Shown: piece after piece, positions 46,731 through 50,986 of the stretch
How the letters are laid out: each line of letters opens with the position of its first letter
Position numbering within the stretch: the first letter of the stretch is position 1
Assembly: GCA_001724245.1 (NCBI GenBank)
Contig: MEDX01000021.1
Span: 1 to 50,986, forward strand
Length of the DNA stretch: 50,986 bases
Reading direction: 5' to 3'
From: Fonticula-like sp. SCN 57-25
Taxonomy: Eukaryota
The notes under the pieces: model-generated
Database searches by the model: none
Told to the model about the DNA's origin: nothing
The model's input: only the letters and a program-made list of their open reading frames with translations
Made by a program: the position numbers and the translations under genes

Positions 46731-48611
46731 TCAGTCGTCCTTCTTTGCCTCGGCAGCCTTTTCGGCCTTTTTCGCTTTGCGGTTCTTGCGGTACTTTAAA
46801 AACACCGAGATCGACCCAAAGAAAGCGCCCATCGTCATGATGACAGTCATTGCGCTTGCCTTTGCAAGGTACATGAGCATGCTCTCGTTCAAAAACTTGC
46901 TGAGCGGTGCCTCTGGAAAGTCTCCCGGGAGGTTCCTCATGAGGCCTCTCTCGTCGAGGAACGAGTCCCACAGCGGGCAGCGCTCGTAGCTGGGCACAAT
47001 CGGCACGTGGCAAGTCGTACGGTTGCACGAGTTCTCACTCCAGAACGGGTGCACGTACGGGTCGCTTTGCGGCATGAACGGCCGCCACTCGCCGTGGTCC
47101 GGCAGCGACTCGGGCGCACCGCCGCGCGCGAACGAGTGGAACAGTGCCTGGAACTGACGCATGACGTGGCCGTTGAGCGGGTGTTCCGGCTTGGCGTCGC
47201 GGCCCGACCAGATGCCGAGCTCGCTGCCGTGGAAGGAGCCGAGCCCCGAGAACGGCCACGAAAGGCCCTCGGTGCGGTGCGAGTAGTGGTACACAAACAC
47301 TTGGCCGGGGAGGCTCTCGGCGATCGCGTCGGCCGAGCCGCGCGTCAGGCAGTGCCACATTTGCGAGAAAACGTGGCTGGCATAGTCGCGCGCGCTAAGG
47401 AACTTGCGCTCGGCGGCGTTGAGCGCGTGCAGCTGCTCGACGCCCTCTTGGCCAAACATGGCGCCGAGCATCTCGGACACGTGGACGCTGTCGAGGTAGA
47501 TCGGGTAGCCGAGCATGACAAAGATGCTGCCTTCGTCCTCGTTGGCGCCGAGCACGACGCGCACGCTCTCGTCGACGTAGCCGGGCGAGCGGAAGGCGGC
47601 CATCGGGCCGTCGGCGTGCATCAGCGAGTCGTCAATCACGGGGAACCACGTGTAGCCGTCGTAGAAGAGGAGGCCGCGACGCGGCTTGAGGGCCTCGAGC
47701 ACGGCCGACGGCGACGCAGAGCGAAGGCACTCGGCAACTTCGGCGGCGGTTCCGTTCTCGCAGCCAATAGCGTGAGAGAGAAGCGTGCCCTGCGCGTGAC
47801 CTTCCTCGCGCGTCGGGAAGGGGTAGTTGCACAGGACGCTCGACATGATCGCGCGGTGGAAGAGGCCGCGCGAGGCGGGCGTCGAGAGGAGAAGGCAAAT
47901 GGAGAAGGCGCCGGCAGACTCGCCCATGAGCGTCACCTCGCTGGCGTCGCCGTAAAAGTTGCCAATGTGGCGTTGGACCCACTGCAGCGCAGCGCTATAA
48001 CAAAAAGTGTCAGCAAAGAGCAATGTTAACAGGAAAACGCACAGCTGATCACGGATGCCGAGGGCGCCCGACTTGGCGTCCGGGCCGTCGAGCGCGGGGT
48101 GCGCGAGGAAGCCAAAGGGGCCCAGACGGTAGTTAAGCGACACGTACACCAGTCCGGTGGTGTTAACCAGCTGCTCCGGGTTGGGCGAGACCATCTCGTT
48201 GCCGGCCGATCCCAGCACGAAACCGCCGCCGTGTAGCATGACGACGACCGGCTGGCGCGTCGATGCCTCGCGCGCCGAGCGGGGCACCCAGATGTTAAGG
48301 AAGAGGCAGTCCTCGTTGGGCTCCATAATGTCGGGGAGCATCGACTTTCCGGACGGGTAGCATGGCGCGCCAAAGCTGGTCGCGTTGAGCACACCCTCCC
48401 ACGCCAGCGGCGCGGCCGGCCCGCGCCAGCGACGATCGCCGGTCGGAGGCTGCGCGTAGGGGATCCCGCGGAATATCCACGTGCCGTCCTTTGTCTCCAC
48501 TCCGCGAATGGTCCCGAGCGCCGTCGTGACGAGTACGTCGGCGTCGGCGTCGGCCGCCCGCAGCAGGAGCAGGAGCACCAGCGTGCCCGCCACCGCCCGC
48601 AGCGCCGCCAT
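46731..48611 (-). CDS. Type-B carboxylesterase with signal peptide and C-terminal TM anchor, 2 exons
   Basis: FRGIPYAQPP, EDCLFLNIW, HGGGF, NYRLGPFGFL, GESAG, GANEDEG and SFHGSEL (Ser-Glu-His triad). Confidence 0.93.
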   Translation of the reverse strand: MAALRAVAGTLVLLLLLRAADADADVLVTTALGTIRGVETKDGTWIFRGIPYAQPPTGDRRWRGPAAPLAWEGVLNATSFGAPCYPSGKSMLPDIMEPNEDCLFLNIWVPRSAREASTRQPVVVMLHGGGFVLGSAGNEMVSPNPEQLVNTTGLVYVSLNYRLGPFGFLAHPALDGPDAKSGALGIRDQLCVFLLTLLFADTFCYSAALQWVQRHIGNFYGDASEVTLMGESAGAFSICLLLSTPASRGLFHRAIMSSVLCNYPFPTREEGHAQGTLLSHAIGCENGTAAEVAECLRSASPSAVLEALKPRRGLLFYDGYTWFPVIDDSLMHADGPMAAFRSPGYVDESVRVVLGANEDEGSIFVMLGYPIYLDSVHVSEMLGAMFGQEGVEQLHALNAAERKFLSARDYASHVFSQMWHCLTRGSADAIAESLPGQVFVYHYSHRTEGLSWPFSGLGSFHGSELGIWSGRDAKPEHPLNGHVMRQFQALFHSFARGGAPESLPDHGEWRPFMPQSDPYVHPFWSENSCNRTTCHVPIVPSYERCPLWDSFLDERGLMRNLPGDFPEAPLSKFLNESMLMYLAKASAMTVIMTMGAFFGSISVFLKYRKNRKAKKAEKAAEAKKDD

Positions 48612-48698
48612 GATTGCTGACCAATGAAAACTACTTTGGCGCACAGCAGTGTGGCAGGCCTGCGGATCTGCGACGGCGGGATGTGATTGGCCAACGAG

Positions 48699-48792
48699 CG
48701 TGGCAGGTTCTGATTGGGCCACCTGTCTTTTTGCAAAAAGGGCCCTCTGGTGTGGTTCCACGTAGGCACGAAGAACCTTTCCAGAAAGTTCT
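48699..48792. promoter_or_regulatory. BiP promoter: ERSE, UPRE-like site and HSE
   Basis: CGTGG-caggttctg-ATTGG at 48699-48717 (reverse of CCAAT-N9-CCACG); CCACGTA at 48758-48764; tTTCcaGAAagTTCt at 48778-48792. Confidence 0.7.
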
Positions 48793-48877
48793 ACTCTTTT
48801 TCCTCGGCATAGTTTTTATAGGCCGCGTCTGCCCGTCACCCGCACACTCGCGTCTTTACCTGTTGTCAGCTTTGGCG

Positions 48878-49406
48878 ATGGCTCGTGGAGCGTTGTTCAT
48901 TGCCGCGGCGGCCCTCCTCCTGGTGGGGCTCGCCGGCGTGCATGCGACCGAGGAGAAGCTTGAGAATGTTATCGGTATCGATCTTGGAACCACCTACTCG
49001 TGCGTCGGCATCTTCCGTGGCGGCCGCGTCGAGATCATCCCCAACGACCAGGGCAACCGCATCACTCCGTCGGTTGTCGCCTTCACCGACGATAGCGAGC
49101 GCCTTATCGGCGACTCGGCCAAGAACCAGGCTGCCATGAACCCCGAGCGCACCGTCTATGATGCCAAGCGCCTTATCGGCCGCCGCTTCACCGAGAAGGA
49201 TGTGCAGAACGACATGAAGAACTGGCCTTTCAAGGTTGTCAGCAAGGACGGCAAGCCCGCCATTAGCGTGGAGGTGTCCGGCAAGCCGGTCGTCTTTGTC
49301 CCCGAGGAGATCTCGGGCATGGTCCTGCTCAAGATGAAGGAGATCGCCGAGACTTACCTTGACAAGGAAGTTAAGCACGCTGTCGTCACCGTGCCCGCCT
49401 ACTTCA

Positions 49407-49437
<31 letters not shown>

Positions 49438-50836
49438 TGGCACCATCGCTGGCCTCAACGTGGTGCGCATCATCAACGAGCCCACCGCCGCCGCCATTGC
49501 CTACGGCCTCGACAAGAAGGACGACGAGCGCGTCATTCTCGTTTTCGATCTCGGAGGCGGTACCTTTGACGTGTCCATCCTCGCCATCGACGGCGGCGTC
49601 TTTGAGGTGCTCTCGACCAACGGTGACACTCACCTCGGTGGTGAGGACTTTGACCACCGCGTCATGGACTACCTGATCAGCCTCTTCCAGCGCAAGCACA
49701 AGAAGAACCTCCGCGACGACCTCCGCGCCCTCGGCAAGCTCAAGCGCGAGGTGGAGAAGGCCAAGCGCACCCTCTCGCTCCAGACCTCGGCCCGCATCGA
49801 GATCGAGTCGATCATGGACGGCATTGACTTTACCGAGACGCTCACCCGCGCCAAATTTGAGGAGCTCAACATTGACCTCTTCCGCCGCACGCTCGAGCCC
49901 GTCAAGAAGGTGCTTGAGGACGCTGGCCTCGCCAAGAACGAGATCAACGACATTGTGCTCGTCGGCGGCTCGACCCGCATCCCCAAGGTCGTCGAGCTCC
50001 TCGAGACCTTCTTTGAGGGCCGCAAGGCCAACAAGGGCATCAACCCCGACGAGGCCGTCGCGTACGGCGCTGCTGTCCAGGGCGGCGTCCTCTCCAACCA
50101 GGCCGAGACTGAGGACATTGTGCTCCTCGACGTGTGCCCGCTCACGCTCGGCATTGAGACTGCCGGCGGCATCATGACCAAGATCATCCCGCGCAACACT
50201 GTCGTCCCGACCAAGAAGAGCCAGATGTTCACCACCACGGCCGACAACCAGCCCACCGTCAGCATCGTCGTGTACGAGGGCGAGCGCCAGATGACCAAGG
50301 ACAACAACCAGCTCGGCAAGTTTGACCTGACCAACCTCGCCCCCGCCCCCCGCGGCGTCCCGCAGATTGAGGTCACCTTTGAGATTGACGTTAACGGCAT
50401 TCTGCGCGTGTCCGCGCTCGACAAGGGCACCGGCAAGTCCAACTCTGTCACGATCACCAACGACAAGGGCCGCCTCACCCAGGAGCAGATCGACCGCATG
50501 ATCGCCGACGCTGAGCGCTACGCCGAGGAGGACCGTCTCGTCCGCGAGCGCGTCGAGGCCCGCAACGCCCTCGAGGCCTACGCGTACCAGCTCAAGAACC
50601 AGGTCGCTGACGAGCAGGCGCTCGGCGGCAAGCTCTCGGAGGAGGAGAAGGAGACCATCACGACCGCCGTCGACGAGACGCTCTCGTGGATCAACGCCAA
50701 CTCGGAGGCCGAGACTGACGACATCAACGAGCAGAAGAAGACGCTCGAGGGCATCGTCCACCCGATCGTCTCGCGCCTCTACGCCGACGGGTCCGCCGGC
50801 GGCGAGGAGGAGATGCCCGACCACGACGAGCTCTAA
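48878..50836 (+). CDS. HSPA5: ER Hsp70 chaperone BiP/GRP78, intronless
   Basis: Signal peptide, [32 protein letters not shown] and C-terminal HDEL. Confidence 0.98.
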
Positions 50837-50986
50837 GCTGAAAAAAGACAAATTGTCCTCAGTTCTAGATGGATGTGTAAAAGAAATAACGCTTTGTTTT
50901 TGATGTGCGTGCATGGTTATGTGCGTGGGCGCACGGTCTGTATTCCAATATACTTGTTGAATGTGCTCATCATACTTTGAAACGCC

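Noticed and set aside
48866-50914. 682-aa antisense ORF opposite BiP
   Set aside because: Long in-register antisense ORFs are a well-known by-product of codon bias in GC-rich Hsp70 genes; no recognisable motifs.
1-50986. Apparent frameshifts or split ORFs suggesting pseudogenes or a variant genetic code
   Set aside because: Every break is resolved by a short spliceosomal intron, and TAA, TAG and TGA all act as normal stops.

Overview
Eukaryotic nuclear DNA from a very compact, GC-rich protist-like genome. It holds about 28 protein-coding genes in 51 kb, many in head-to-head pairs, with about 68 short (mostly 40-70 nt) spliceosomal introns that I delineated by hand. The standard genetic code fits every gene. 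Fungal-like Vts1, Yta7 and CHORD sequences together with DP and a myosin-VI-like motor suggest a unicellular opisthokont or a close relative; this taxonomy is inference only. Recognisable genes: FARS2 (partial), PFKFB, JMJD7, an AUP1/LPCAT-like acyltransferase, an SLC37/GlpT-type MFS transporter, URB2, ATAD2/Yta7, VPS51, MRPS6, VTI1, Vts1, CHORDC1, a mitochondrial CDF transporter, two LUD-domain paralogs, TFDP, RFK, a type-B carboxylesterase and BiP. I found no rRNA, tRNA, transposon or CRISPR array. Most notable: (1) an intronless poxvirus-VP39-like cap 2'-O-methyltransferase whose catalytic and SAM-binding motifs are eroded; (2) a PTEN-like pseudophosphatase-C2 protein fused to a RING-H2 ligase; (3) a myosin-VI-like motor with an apparent insert-2 'reverse gear' but a PH-domain tail; (4) a near-fixed GTRCG donor consensus with no +4A; (5) animal/plant-type cis-elements (a perfect ERSE plus HSE at BiP, E2F/CHR at ATAD2); (6) a candidate intronic H/ACA RNA. 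Family assignments rest on recalled motifs, not database searches.
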